Source: Massalongia carnosa (Eukaryota). From it: a stretch of DNA of 64,000 nt. Below are positions 24,371 through 38,353 of this stretch, one piece after another. Location of the stretch: contig OZ287068.1 in the NCBI GenBank assembly GCA_965645245.1, positions 2,604,001 through 2,668,000 of the forward strand. Reading direction: 5' to 3'. The position numbers and the translations under genes were made by a program. A model generated the notes under the pieces. It had not been told where the DNA came from and did no database searches. It was given only the letters and a program-made list of their open reading frames with translations. The stretch's first letter is position 1. The number at the start of each line of letters is the position of its first letter.

Positions 24371-27300
24371 TTCGCTGACTTAGCGAGTGGAGGGTTGAGC
24401 GTTGCTACAATAAGTTTAGATTTTTTCCAAAAACATTTCTTGGTGCATCAACACGCAGATGAGTGGCAAGTCTGCAAGGTTATTGATGGGGGGTGGCGGT
24501 GTCTAGAACTGTTAGATGTTTGATGCCGGGAACTGAATGCATAAGGTACGTACTATATTAGGAAGCTTTGGGGGAGAATATTCTGCATCAGACCTTCTGT
24601 ACTCTTCATAAGGATGGGATTTGTCGATTGGCGGTTCTTCGCCTAATAGAAAGATATCGAGGTGGGTGGTCAGGAGAAGCGAGCTTTGATTCCATATACA
24701 ATGCTTGGCCGGTTTAGAAGGCTCTCTTTGTTCGCTGAAATATTTTTGGATATGATTGATAGATTGAAGAGCGACCGGGAGAAATCGATGAAGTGGTAGT
24801 TTAAGATTAAGTAAGACTTCATCCAATAGGGAATATAGATACTGTATAGTATATGCGGTGTATCGAAGCCAGTTATGAAAGAAGGCAGTCGAGGGTAGAT
24901 GTATAGAATATAGGATATAGGTGGATTAATACATTTTGCTTCCTAGAGAGGGCTTTCTTTTATATACATCATGCCCAAGGCTGGGGGAGGCGAGCCAAAG
25001 CAACTCATTTAAACTCCCAGAGAACCTGATTCATTGAGGAATTCATTCTTATGAATCTTGCCTCATGATCTTCTGTGCTTATCTGCTAGCTCTGGGGGGG
25101 GGTTGTTGTTAAGTCGAAGGTGCAAGATGCAAGGTGCAAGGTGTATCCTGAATATAAACTGACGGTGCCACTGGCCATCTTGCACCGAATGAGAATTAAT
25201 ACGCTCAGCTTACTTTTGGTCTAGCTCGCTCGTACCTTTTGTTTTTCCCCTCCTCTTCTCTATCTAATGAAGTAGGGAGTTAGAAAGATATAAAGAAGAT
25301 TGTCGATGACAAAATAAAAAGTTATGGAAGATAGAGTACGCAGACTAAAGCAATTTTAGAATAACAAGATAGAAATACGTGGACTAAAACACACCTATTC
25401 ACCTAAGGAGTTTTACCCCTGACTGCAAAAGGCAGACTTGATGCTATTCACTTCATATATTAAAGTTACCAAAACGGTGAAATTCTGAACACCTCCGTAA
25501 CGAAAAGTCTGATCCATGACCAACCGCTTTATTCCAAAAACTCCTCATGAGATAAGTGTCTTTCAGGGGGTTCTCCTTCTGTCATGTGAATAGTCACTGC
25601 AGATGACTTACCTTAGCGCAATATTCCCAGCAGAACAGTGGTTTGAACCATCGAATTAAGACTGAGCTAAGCCTGTGAATCCTCCTTCGTTGCAAGATGA
25701 CAGGCACCACCATAGATTCTATCAGGGACATACCTGCTCAATGAGCCAATGATATCCAAATTGCTATTATTGAGCAACAATGCGTTGTTATTCATGTTCC
25801 ATTTGAATGAGTTGCTCGGAGACGCAGGCTCTCGGACATAGTATAGATATACTCTCCATTAACCGGACTGGATGTGAGCATATACGCTCTTGAACACCCA
25901 TGAAAATCCGTAAATCTACCTAGATAGATGTAGTTATTTACCTCCACCAAGAACATACTTTCGACCACCCATAAAGCTCTCCTCTGATATTTAAACCTTG
26001 GGTTGAAAGTTTAAAGTGTTCTCCTAGCATCCTTTTGTGTCGATCATATCCAGAAACGTCTCGAAGGAACAAGAAAAGCCTTGTACAAGGGAAAGCTTCA
26101 CAACGAGAACTACAGATTCAAACTCCTGCCGCTTCAGAAGTCATTCTTGCCGGCTCGGAACTCTCATTACTCTAGACCAGAGCGAAACGATGAGCCATGG
26201 TTCTGGAGTTGTAGAAGCCTTGGAACCCATAGCGAGACGTTTAAATGAAGAGTTATAACCAATCGCTGGGCAACCACGCCGTCTGCGATGAACGTGGGTA
26301 CCGACGATGCTTTCATCCCTCGGAGCTATTAATTTGAATAGAGAGGAAGTTCCTCAAACGGTCCCCAGCCAAAGCCTTCCGTCGACTCTTTTAGAGTCAG
26401 GGCTTCTGCCGGGTGAATCAGGGAAGGCACTCATCGTATCAGACAGCTTCCCAATTCACGCATGTACGAATTGCTATACACAATTTTGCCGACGGAGGTA
26501 CTCGGGGATTTTAAGAGCAGTTGATCACAGCGTCTGGGTTGTATTGAAGAAACGCAGATCCGAGATGTGTCTCCGCAAAACATCAAAATATTGCTTGGAG
26601 CATAATGAATAACGAATTTATAAAGGTAAAGCTCAATTCTTATAGAGCGTTTAATTTTCGGCAGAAACCCGCTGCTGCTCATCAAACAAAGAAATGGATT
26701 GAAGGATTCGGCTTAGTCTCTTTTTATATGATATCCTCTTAACTTGTGGGTTCGGATTTTTTTGAATGTCGTGAGCCCTCTGTAAATTTATATTTTTCGC
26801 CGCCTTTTAAGTATAACCCAACGCTATGGTGATGTATCTACAACTCTCCTGCGTATTTTCTTCTTTAGGAAGAGGCAATAATTTTGATAGGGCATTGTAA
26901 TTTATCTCATTTCTAGTCTGTGTGCATCTTGAGCTGAATTAGCTTACTTCGAAGCATCAGACTGCCAAAGTATAATCTTTCACAGCTTCTCAAACTCCAT
27001 GTGCTGTCTCAAGACGCTGGTCGGAGCAGCTCTGCTTCTATAAGTGCCTGCATACAGTTAACATCAAACTCCCTTATGATTTTCATACTTATGCCATCGA
27101 ACCCTAAGAATGTCAAGGATTTATTCGCCTTGTCTTTTTTCCCATAGGCCATTCAGCTGCCTTGTTCTCGTGCCCTCGAACACAAACAACACAACCATCT
27201 GCACCATTTTATGGGTGTTGAGCAGCGACAAGTAAGATTGAACATGGGCTAGGGAAAAAAAAAGAAAAGGAAGAACTATGTAAAGAAATGGTCAGGAAAT

Positions 27301-27803
27301 TCAGGAGGACTTTTCTAATCAGACTAAGAAAACCCAGAAGCCAAGGTCGGATGACTCAGACTCGAGTATCTGGCAAACTCGGCGCGTTCACCGAACAGAT
27401 CTCTCTATTATCAGCGTTCTTCCTCTTCTGGGACTCTGCCCTTGCTTTCGAATTTCACTAGAGTTATCCAATAAGAGCCATTCGTTATTTCGTCATGGCG
27501 CTGTTGGTTGCGAGGAGCCCAAGCCAAGGTTTCCCTGAAGCATATTTATAAACCTGGGGTCGACTCTTCTGGTACTCTCAGCGGTTGGCAGTTATCTATT
27601 GAAACATGTGATGGTTCAGTCAAAAACCCTAATTTGAAAACAATATCTAGTACTGATATTCTGCATCATGATTGTGCCGAATATCCTGGATCTTTGGTAA
27701 TTCCAACATGCTACGTTGCAAGCAGAGCTGTTAGGAAGCACCGACTCTTGCGATTTCTCTTGTAAATACATTTACAGCGGTGTTGTCACGTGCTTCCCAT
27801 GGC

Positions 27804-28295
27804 TTAGCTACGCCCCTTCGAGTTAGCCTTACGGGTTAACAAACTAACTACAGCAACGATGATGATTTTGACCTCACAAAATAACGTCACAATTTCATTA
27901 TTTTCATGTTTATAACGTCATCGTCGCTTGATATGATGATGCTCAATGTATTATTGATTTCTCGTTACAAATATCAACGTTTGTTCATGTTTATAACGGC
28001 AAAGCAATTTTACATACGTCTTGTTATTTTCGTTAAGCCAATTCTCGATTTCTACGCAAAATGCAGTCAGTTTGTTTATTCCTCATGAATTTTACAACGA
28101 ATAGGGATTTCAGGAAACTTTCTTTACAAACTCTACTTGAATTCTTTAGAAGAAATAGCTCGTATTAAAAAAAGCAAAACGTCAAATGTCGAAAAAGCGC
28201 AACAATACACGATTTATTACGAATATCTGACCGTAATTTTGAGTTTTGCGCTCAGACGTTCGTAGAGCCACGCACATCTGAGGTACTGAGGTAAT
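27804..28295. mobile_element. Degenerate MITE-like dispersed repeat, related to the element at 59467-62656
   Basis: The left motif ttagctacgccccttcgagttagc and an internal ~100-bp block (27945-28041) align with 59467-59490 and 59679-59775. Confidence 0.5.
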
Positions 28296-29067
28296 CTATC
28301 GTTTCCTTTCCGGGTTAGCATCACAAGAAATCAACTGCGATGTCATGATGGGATACAGAGTGTGATTTGAGTATTTAGAAAAGCAGAGTGGATTTAAACG
28401 AAGCGATTCTGTTCGTTGGTCATAGGTGACCTCTGCTCTGCACTAACCACAAATGGAAACTATAGACTTATGGGCGATACGAGTCGAGAACAGAGGAGAG
28501 AGGACAGAGTACAGCCTCTTGTGCCTCCCTAAGGAAGCCTGCCACTGAAGCCAAGTGGATTTTAACACACCTCTCAGCGGGCGTTGATATACGATGAGTG
28601 TAGGCGAACCGAATCATGATTTGTGGCTTTACTTCCTAAGACTCTACATAACCCTCCCTTCAAAGTGCTGCGCCTCAAATAGTTGTCAGGTATCAGCAAG
28701 CTGGACGGCATTGGTTAGTGTCGAAAATCTTTGGTTTCCTAATAGAAAAGCTCTAACGCAGACGCCTCAGCGCCTCCTGTAAGCTAAACTTACCATGTAT
28801 TGGATAGTAGCTTGGCTGTGTAGTTCAGACAGCCTTGTGGATCGCACCAAAGGAACAAAACCTCTCCAAAAGCTTCTCATTTGTGCTTTCGTAAATTTTT
28901 TCTTTTGCGATACAAGATTCTAGTTTTCCTTCGTGGCTCATTACTATGATGAGTTCTGTAGTAGATTAACCTAGCGATGTGTACATAGCTACTGTCCGTA
29001 TCTACTCTATCCCAGTTTGTCGGTTTGCGGCGCATATTGATACGAAAGCGACTATATTTCTATCACT

Positions 29068-32007
29068 ATGGAACCTGACAACATTGCAATCTTCAGCTCC
29101 TCGGAGACTTTAAAAGAACCGTACACCCGTCTCTCTCGGAATTCATGGATTTGTCCTAAATGTTACTATTTGAACGCTCAGGGTGTTTCGATGCCATACA
29201 GCAAGTGTGAGCACTGTGGCTTCGCCTCTTTGGATCCCTTCTCTCAAGTGTCTAGTATTCAGCCGAAACAATCAAGCAGCAACGATTTATGGGATTCTAG
29301 TAGAGATAATCCTTATATGTCAAGCAGGTCATTAAGTCATACAGAGCATCGAAATGATGAGGACAATCATGAAGAAAAAGGTCGATTTGGGATTTTGCGA
29401 AGGAAGACACAAAAGTGGAAGGCCGCCATCAAAGGTCATCGAAAGAAGACTCAACCTCCAAATGAACCGCCTAACGAGCTGTCTTATAGTCCTAATGAGA
29501 GCTCTCGATCAACTCATCCGGACACAGAGTTGAGGTTTTCGGAGGACCTTCTATCTGAAGAATCTAGCCCTCAATCCAGGAACTTTAGGAAATTTAATAA
29601 AACTGCATCTCATATGAGAGAGAGTCAGAAATATCCTCCGCAGCCAGGAACGCCATATGTGGCAGATCTGGTCTCTCTTAAGCCCAGCCCCAAACCCTTA
29701 AATCAACCGTCTCCCCCAGCTAGTCTCTTTGATCTATCAAGTGGCCACCTCTTCTCTAAAAAGTCTGACAAAACTCCATTCTCGGCAGCTATGGACGGCG
29801 CCCCCGTGGTGGAAAAATCCCATGAAGCCAAGCGTCGCCGGCGAGAAGATCACAATAATATCGAGCGTCGTCGTCGAGATAATATCAACGAAGCGATTCG
29901 AACGCTTCATTCGCTCATTCCCCGGAATCGCTTTAAAGTTGAGGAGTAACATGGGTAGGCACTTTCCCTTACCATTATAGCCCGAATGTTTGATCTCCGC
30001 TGACTGCGTGTACTAGGTACTTCGAAGACGAGACTAAGGGTGTTAATAAACTTGAAATTCTTAATGGTGCTGTTAGTTGGACCCGTGATTTGATGTGGGC
30101 ATTTTACCAGAAAGTCCTGAAAGAACGCCCAGAGGACTTACACACAGGCAAACTCCCTTTGGAAGAGAGTAAAGACGAAAAACGCATACAGATCGAAGTT
30201 ATCAAATCCATCATGGAAAATGGAGTTGATGGCTTCTCATATAAGGTCAACAGAGGCCATTCCAGAACAGTTTCTGACACTTTGATAAGGCCAGATTGGA
30301 AACCTCGCCCTCAACAACACCTGAGATCAAAAACCTCCCATGCCTCGATGATAAGCTATGTTGGAAGCGTACAGAGCTTTACCTCAATAAAGTACCGCTC
30401 GCCCTCTGGCCAAATACAGACACGGCAGTCTGAAACGTATTCTCAAGTTCAACTTCAAGGAGATGAGCTTGAACGAACTATGATGATGGATGAGTTGTGG
30501 AATGAGTTTAAAAATGACTCGGAAACATATAAAAGCCGACGAATTAGCACACCTTCACTCGTTACACGCCGAACCGCCGATGTTTCATTAAATGCCAAGT
30601 CCTCCATAGCATGTAAAGATCATCCAGATGTTGTAAATGGACAGCTTAAGGAATCTGTAATCTGGGAAATTGACAGAGTCAAAGCTTGGCCTCGTCGTCG
30701 CAGCTTGCCTATTTTACGAGGACAAGATATCACTTTCAACAAGATAGCACCGAAAGCCCTAACAGACTTGAATATCGGTTTTACCAAGCTTGGAACAGAA
30801 AATTTCGCAAACATAAATATTCCTCACCAAGCTCTCAATCCTACAGAGTCATTCCTTCCACCAAGCAAATCTGGAGAAACGTCAATCATTCATGGCTTTC
30901 TACCTGATTCCGATCATCGAGTGACTTACCTCGAGAACAAACTGGTTCGTATGAGGTGGAAATGTGTAAGTCATTAAATGAAGCGTTTAATGCACAGTCT
31001 CTGACAATTATCTTGAGTAGAGCTGCAATCACACATTTCAGTTCGATGTTTTAGAGCATCAAAAGGGCGCCGCGGTGGCTGCGATTCAAGAGCTAGATCA
31101 ATGCAGCGATGGCACTGAGACTGGACAAGGTAGTTTGAATCCACTTCAAGTATTAATTCATCGAACGAAAAAATTTCTGCAAAACTCGCGGAAGAAAAAT
31201 GACATGTGCGACAGTCTTCCAATGAGCAATCCACTCCCGACGCATTTCAACTACACGACTCAATATCGCGCAGAAATTCCACCCCCTGATCCGGAAAAAT
31301 ATGTGTGCGTTTGCTTCCCAGGAATGACGTATAAGAAGTATCTTCATCACGTCGACGTCAACAGGGCGAAAGACGATCCGCAGCTCTTCTTGGCGTTACA
31401 GCAAAAGTATTACGACTGGAAACCATTCTGGAAACGTGTACTTACGCTTCGGACTCTAGCGAGAGTTGAGTATTTTGAGGTAGGTGGCCTAACCTTTCAA
31501 ATTTTGCGATGAGGTCGCTAATAAGCTCTAAATTAGTTTAAGATATTCTACAGTAATCTGGTCGCAATCAAGGAAGACTGGCGGGACCGATTCCCCCAAG
31601 GTCACGACCCAGGGGAATGGGCCTACAACCCGACTTCCCGAGACATGACACCATACCTCATTGACGACGTCTTGACCCACTACGTCCACAACCCGACCTG
31701 CGCCAAGCTCGGCAAGTACTTCTGGAACCGCATTCCCAAAAAGGTGTTTGGCCAACTGGAATGCCCGCAAGACAAGCCATTCAAGGTCGGGTGGGGGCTG
31801 TACTTCATCGAAGAGTTCAGCCAGTTCTACCTCATGCTGATCCTGGTGCCTGTGCTGGCGGTCGGCGTCGCGGTCGCGAGCTGGTACTGCGCGTCTTTCC
31901 AGAAAAGCTTCGCGGATGGCGCGACCATCGTCTCGGGGTTCGCGGCTCTGGTCATGTACCTGTTCAGCGTGGCGCAGGGGTGGGGGAAGCAGAAAGGCGT
32001 TTTGTAG
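29068..32007 (+). CDS. Chimeric protein: C4 zinc finger + bHLH + C-terminal domain with two hydrophobic helices (4 exons, ~918 aa)
   Basis: WICPKCYYLN...KCEHCG; HNNIERRRRDNINEAIRTLHSLIP / NKLEILNGAVSWTRDLMW; MRWKCSCNH; terminal hydrophobic segments. Frame-preserving introns at 29946-30016, 30966-31020 and 31480-31536. Confidence 0.75.
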
Positions 32008-32970
32008 CACGAAGAATTGAATCGCATATCTAAAGGAGGAGGATACTTTTGTTGCTTATACCCACTGTTCGATTTCATCAAATATATATACCATAATCCC
32101 AAACAAAGTCCGGGCTCATTCGCACGCACGATTTTGCTTCCGGTCGATCGAGAAGAAGAAGAAGAGGTAGAGGGGTATGTCGAACAGGCCATTTTCAGAC
32201 CCTTTTCTTTTCATCAACTCCATCACCATCCTCATCAATAAGTAGCTCAAACACCATCAACCCACCCCCCCACTCGCCTTCACATCTCGTAAACCAACGA
32301 ACTATCCAACCATTTCATCATCATGAACGCCGCATTCTTCCGATAAAGAGTGCGGCGTGGTGTATTTCAAATACAAAACTTAAAACCTATAAAAACCCCC
32401 GTTTCTCAAAATAATTGAATACATAGAACTTAACCGTTAACGAGCGAGGAGAGATTTTTCAGCTCAGATATACGGTGTTACAGAGGGCGGGCCGGGGGTT
32501 AATCAATTTCCGAACGACATTTCTCTCTTTTTCTCTCCCCCTCTCTCCTTTTGTGCATGTATACATGGTTTCATTCCCCCAACCCGTCAACAGAGATCCA
32601 GGTCAACGGACCCGTTCAAGATGTAGCAAACCATTCCCCGCGTTATCGACCCCCCCTCCCGCCACTTTCCCCAAAGCAAGCACCTATGTGGGTATCGAAC
32701 CCTCCCCTTTCCCCCTTTTTCGTTCCGGACACGCGATTGGATTCAGGGGGGGAGGAGGGGGGGAGTAAACCAAACCAAACCAACCCCCAGCACATGGGAG
32801 AATATGTACAAAGACCTATCGACAGCTAAGAAATAAAAATAAAAACCTGGCCTCATACGGCCAAAATCACGATTCAGGCTAGCGGCCTCCTCGCCTCCCC
32901 TGGCTCCCCCCCCCCCTTCCCTCTCCTAACCGAGGATAATGGCCATTTCTGTCTACGGGGTTTCCCGCAA

Positions 32971-34073
32971 TCACGACGGGACATGGTTGCGATCGGGATC
33001 GGGATCGGGATCGGGATCGGGCCCGGGGGTCTGCGGCGTCTGGCCGGGGATCGGTATGCCATATTCCCATGTGCACGCCCATCCTATGCCCGTGTCGGGA
33101 TTGCCGAGATAGCGCTAGAGGGGATTTTAGTCCCGGTCAGCGTTGGCGAGCTTCGAGGTTTTTCCAGCCGAGATGGTTGGTGGAAGAAAGGAGGTGTGGG
33201 GGGGCAAAGAATAATTAGGAGATCGGGGATATTTACTTTAAAGCCGAAACAACAGTAAATCGTCCACTGACAGCCCTCCGTTGGATTAACTAGGAGGAAA
33301 GAGTTAACTTCTCTGGGTTTTCGGGGGGAGGGGGGGCTTTATTGAGCTATCATCTATGTAGATGGAAAAAGGAGAGTTGTAAGAGGTGCCGATGAGATGA
33401 ACTTACAGATTTTGCAATCGGTAACAAATGAACCATAATCAGCTGGTATGGCAGAGCAGCAGAGTGGCGACGTCAGTATTACAGGGCAAAGCCCTGGGTT
33501 CTCCTGTGGGGTAGTAAACGGAAACTCGGTTTTTGAAGGAACATCCTGCTGAGGGACAATCTGCTTTGGTGGAATCAACTGCGTCGGTAAGCCGCCTTTC
33601 TTTGCAGGGGTATCTGGCTTTGCTGCTGGGACTTCTGAAGTTTCTGGAGCTTCTGGTACTGGCACAGGGCACAATGACGGTGAATCCCACCACCATCGTC
33701 TTTTGTTCCTCTTTGCAGGACTTTTAACCCTAGGATCACTGCAATCTGATATCACAGAAATATGATTCGATTGACTGGTAGACGTTGTAGCTGGGATATT
33801 TCCATTGGTAACGAGCGTCTCATCAGCCTCTACGCTCGATACACCCAGCACTTCAGGTACACCAGTTGATTCACTGGGAAGAATGCTCTCAGGGTCGGTA
33901 TCGGAAACACTATCTAGGCTTGCTTCATTGCTGGATGATTCGATAGTTGCCCCAATTATTGACCCAGGATTGCCTTTAGAATTAGTCTCCGCATCAAAAG
34001 TGTTATCTGCTGCAAAAGGGCTCGCTGCTGTTGTGACGACTATAGAAGCGACAAGAGGTAAAATACAGCGCAT
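32971..34073 (-). CDS. Secreted hydrophobin-like 8-Cys protein with a long N-terminal extension (3 exons, ~287 aa)
   Basis: Signal-peptide-like MRCILPLVASIVVTTAASP. Exons 34073-33407, 33289-33237 and 33114-32971 give C-X8-CC-X13-C-X8-C-X5-CC-X17-C. Confidence 0.7.
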
Positions 34074-37000
34074 GGTAGACAGAGTTCAAATTCAACACAG
34101 CACTCAGCTTTCTCAGGCATACCTGACGAAAAAAAAGCCCTGCGGAAGATATTGTAAAATAGAGACGGAAAGATCATCGTCAACGTATATGAGGAAAGAA
34201 CAAGAGAGGTTTTGTACTCATCCACTACTACTCTACTTGGCTCTTAGACGGGAGCTACCAGGTTGCGGCCCAAAAGCAAAGCATGAAGGCTTTCAGCAAG
34301 CCGACAAAGCATGGATGGGAAATTCTTGGACGAAGGCTTAAAAGCAAGCACTAGGCACCATAACCTACATTATCAATCGCGTGCAACCGCGTGAAACATT
34401 TGTGGGACTGTAGAAAATCCAACGGCTCTATTGGCCAAGCTTCAAGCGTGAAGTTGTAAAATTGACCTTGACAAGCTCTTGTTGTGACTGATTGATAGTG
34501 GTGAACTGTGAGGCAAGCATGGCGCAAGGATCATCAAAGCCTCTTGAAACTCGATTTGCAGCAAAAAAAGCTAATTTCTTAATCACGGCGTGAATGATTA
34601 CCTGCCAAAAATACCTGAAATTAGAGAGATAGGCCCTCTATGGTATTGAATGAAGAGGGAAATGCAAGAGAAAAAGAAACAGACGGGAGTATTGGGTAGG
34701 ATATGTGCGTAGATCTGTTACACGTGGTTTCGCTTGTTGATGCAAGCAAGGCAGAACGGATCAAGAAAGCTGTTGTGCAGGAATGAAAAAGGAACCTCAC
34801 GGCAGCATACCAGAGCCAACAATTCATTCACTTACTCAGATAAGATAATTGAGTTGACAAATTGTAAGTCGGAGAAGTTCATCTCTGAGTGTAGCGAAAT
34901 GGTCACATATGGAGGCTGACGAGCATCGTACTGCTTCCATCCAGCCAGCGCCTCATTGCTGGAGCAGCTGCAGGCGCTCGTGATCGTGCACTTTCATACT
35001 TAGATACCTCGCATTGAGAACTCAGTTCCTTGCAAGAGCTTTCTCGATGGCTCGAATCTTGTTGTAGTGTCGCACGAAGAACGGGCGTTTCTAATAGCAT
35101 TGGCTTGACGGGTTCGTCGCTCTCCAAAACGTTTGCCACGTCATAATACAGAAGATAACACCCGTAACCCCTTAGAAAGATAGCTATGAGTCCTAGAAGG
35201 CATCACTGCACACGGCCTGAGCCGTAAACTACCGAACAAAAATAGGAATAGCGACAGTACTAAATGTTCCGTATCCATGTACCCCACGTCTCGCTGCAAC
35301 TGCGAACGTTTATCTCGGCGATTTTTCAAGCACTCACCATGTTCGGGCAGTAGGTTTCCAAGACGAGATTTTGATTAAATGAACTTAATTTCTGGTTCAC
35401 CTTCTGATTATGATCCCATGAAATGGGTATACCGTCACTTGATAACCAAAAGCGTTCTCAAAGCTAAGAATTTTCAAGCAATATATGAATCGTTGGTGAA
35501 GTCGAGCAAAGCAGCTCTAAGGTAATCCGGCGGTCTCGAGGGATGATGATACCAAAACGAACAAGAAAGCGCACTGCCACAAAGAGGTTGCAGAAGCTCA
35601 TGAAGAATTCCTGATCTGATACACCAACGGCAGGAGCCTTAAGATCACCCAACTATCGTTAACGATGAGTACTTCGATAGGGCAAAACACTCTTGGAAAA
35701 CAGAAGGTAAATATAAATCTGTGTCTAGTTTCCTGATCTTTTTGTTGAACTTTTTTTTTTTGGAATAGCCCTATACATAGTTATGATTTTAAGAATTTAA
35801 GGCTCCATCAAAATTGGGCTTTCGATGGGATATCACCAGTTCCTAAAAGGTCGACGTTAGAACAAGTTACATCAACAGTTTACTTTGATCGTACAAGCAG
35901 GTAACGGTGCCAAAAAAGCGCAAAGTCAATTCTAGATTGCTGCCATGGCTCCCATGTATGTATAAGTAAAATGATTGATTTAACAGCATCAGCTATCTAC
36001 CAAACTGCAACGGGGCAGTCTCAAAGGTATAAGGTGGTGGTCCAGAGTGGCTCATTCAGTTTTAGCCAGACTTTATTTCCTGTTTAAATAAAGCCTTGAT
36101 CTGTCCGCCCTCGATTTTGTTTATTTCGTGGATATGGTTAAGGCACCGAGAATGATGGAAGTCCACAGGCATTTTATCTACTAACAAACCTAGTAACATC
36201 GAGCTTTTCTATGGCTTCTCATCTTTCCACACCGGAAGAAGCGCGAATGCCGCTACATCGTGACCGTCTACTACTATGAGCACAAAGTTTAAGGTTAGTG
36301 GGGTTATGCATGATGAAGAAAAGTAGGACAAACATTCTAGGACGCTCCGAGCTCAAAATCTCGATCTTGCTGCAGTAAATTTAGAGAGTTAAGAAGTTGA
36401 AGGCGATGACAAACGGACTTATACGAATGACTTCTCTTGGTCATATCTCTCTCGACCATAGGAACGAGAACTCTGGGAGGGAAGCAATAAAAAGTAAAGT
36501 AAGCAAGAACAAGGAAATTTAGAGGTAAAAACTAGGAGTAACGGTGGGGTGGTCTGATTACCTAACTGTTGACGTTGCGCCTGGGCGTTTGGGTATGTAA
36601 GTAATCCTGAGCAGTACGTTCTGTGAAAGATTCTAATTCCCTTTTTTTGTTCTTCACTCTTAGTCTGGATTTTGGTGCTTTTGGAGCTCCTCTCTTTCTC
36701 AAGAACAAGACAGATATCCACGGAAGCAGGAGGAAGTGTGTGCAGGAGCAGGAACTGGTGGTTTGTAAACTTGCTAACCGTGCTAATGGCATGAGGTTAA
36801 AAGGATATGTAAGTAAAGACTTGGGCAATGTGTTTTGTTTGGGGCTTTTTTACTCTGTATCCCTACGCATAAAATCGGACGGCATGAGGAAGTACCTAAC
36901 CATACAGAGTATTACTAAACTCTACCTTATTGGTATCATAACTCATCATGCGGCCTGAAATTGTGTGCATGAGAGATATTAAAGAGGAAGGAAGCGATCG

Positions 37001-37397
37001 TTGGATTAAAAAGGCCTATTATTTAAATATTCTGCTCCTGTACTCGACGAAATACTCACGGACGTTTCAAGTGCAATGACTCTACTGAAGTCTGCTTCAC
37101 CTAACGCCCAGATGTTTGTAGATCTCGATGGGAACAACAAAATCTGGCGATTCTTTCTTCATCTCTGCATCCACTTATGCCTTCAAAGCGCCACAAACAG
37201 TGACCCGTCTTTTTCTGTATGTATCTTTGCTTAATGTAACTCATCAGTAATTCAAATTTCTAGTGTCTGCAGTTCACAGTGGTTATATGTTCCTTCATCC
37301 GGGGAGTAGCTTATGTTGATTCCAAACAGCACACCGAATCATTGGCTAGATCGGTGAACATTAATAACTCTCCCGCTAATCTACAAGCTCGTAGAAC

Positions 37398-37630
37398 ATG
37401 GCGATCTTTTTACATTTCCTCAACCGCCAGCTTGTCGTTACTCCTGCAGCTGCATCGACCAAAGACGTGGATCTCCTTGGTCAAACTAGCATGGATCTTG
37501 GGTTCGAAGCGTCAGGCCCGCTAGAGTACATCAGCTTAGCATCTCACATAGTATTAAGAGCATAGAGGAAAGGTTATGGGAAGAATCTTTTGGAACTTTG
37601 ATATAGCAGCTAGCTAGTATATTGGAAAGC
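37398..37630 (+). pseudogene. Possible short-chain dehydrogenase 5' relic
   Basis: MAIFLHFLNRQLVVTP...VDLLGQTSMDLGFEAS...SHIVL resembles fungal SDR N-termini, with the IVTGxN part missing and a stop following. Confidence 0.35.
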
Positions 37631-38287
37631 TGTAAATCGTAATGATGACCAAGCGTACGTATCACTTGTTGGAGTCGGTTTTCAGTGTTGCTGCCGTTCC
37701 ATAATTATTGCAACCCTCCCACATTCCCGAAACTTGTTTCCGCATGCCAATTGCTTGGCTAATACTACGGATCACTCTCCCAAGGCAACGCCTAGATTTG
37801 TTGTCGTTCACGGCATGTGTGGCTCCTTTCGCCTGCGTGTTCCGATTATGTCTTTAAATAACCCAGCTCTAATCTATTTTGCTCTGTCGTGACGGTAATT
37901 GACGCAGCCGCCTTAGGCCAGACACCGGGTAAACCAACGTACGCAATACACGGCTAGCGGGCAAGACTAACCAGAGCACTCTAAAGGAGTAACTAACTAC
38001 CTTGCATGTTGTACCCTTCCTGAGGGCAGGTAATTTGACGTTATTGTCGATAATGCCCAGAAAGGAGACAGGCTACTGGATCGAGCCTAGTCAGGTACGA
38101 TGAGGTGGTCGGTCTTTCCTTCTTTTCAACGGCCCCCTATCCTGTTGCGATGCTCGAACGTCTAAAAAGTGGAGCTACTGCGAGTGTCCCCGACCGTTGG
38201 GTGCGCTAACACCGATTAGGCTTAATTGAGGCGGATATACTAGTCACACCCGATCCCATGCCTAGACCAAGACATCGACAGTACACT

Positions 38288-38353
38288 CTCGACTGACCTC
38301 GACTAAACCTCGACTGACCTCGACTAACCTCGACTGACCTCGACTGACCTCGA
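38288..38353. repeat. 10-bp tandem repeat (ctcgactgac), about 6.5 copies
   Basis: Directly visible. Confidence 0.9.
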
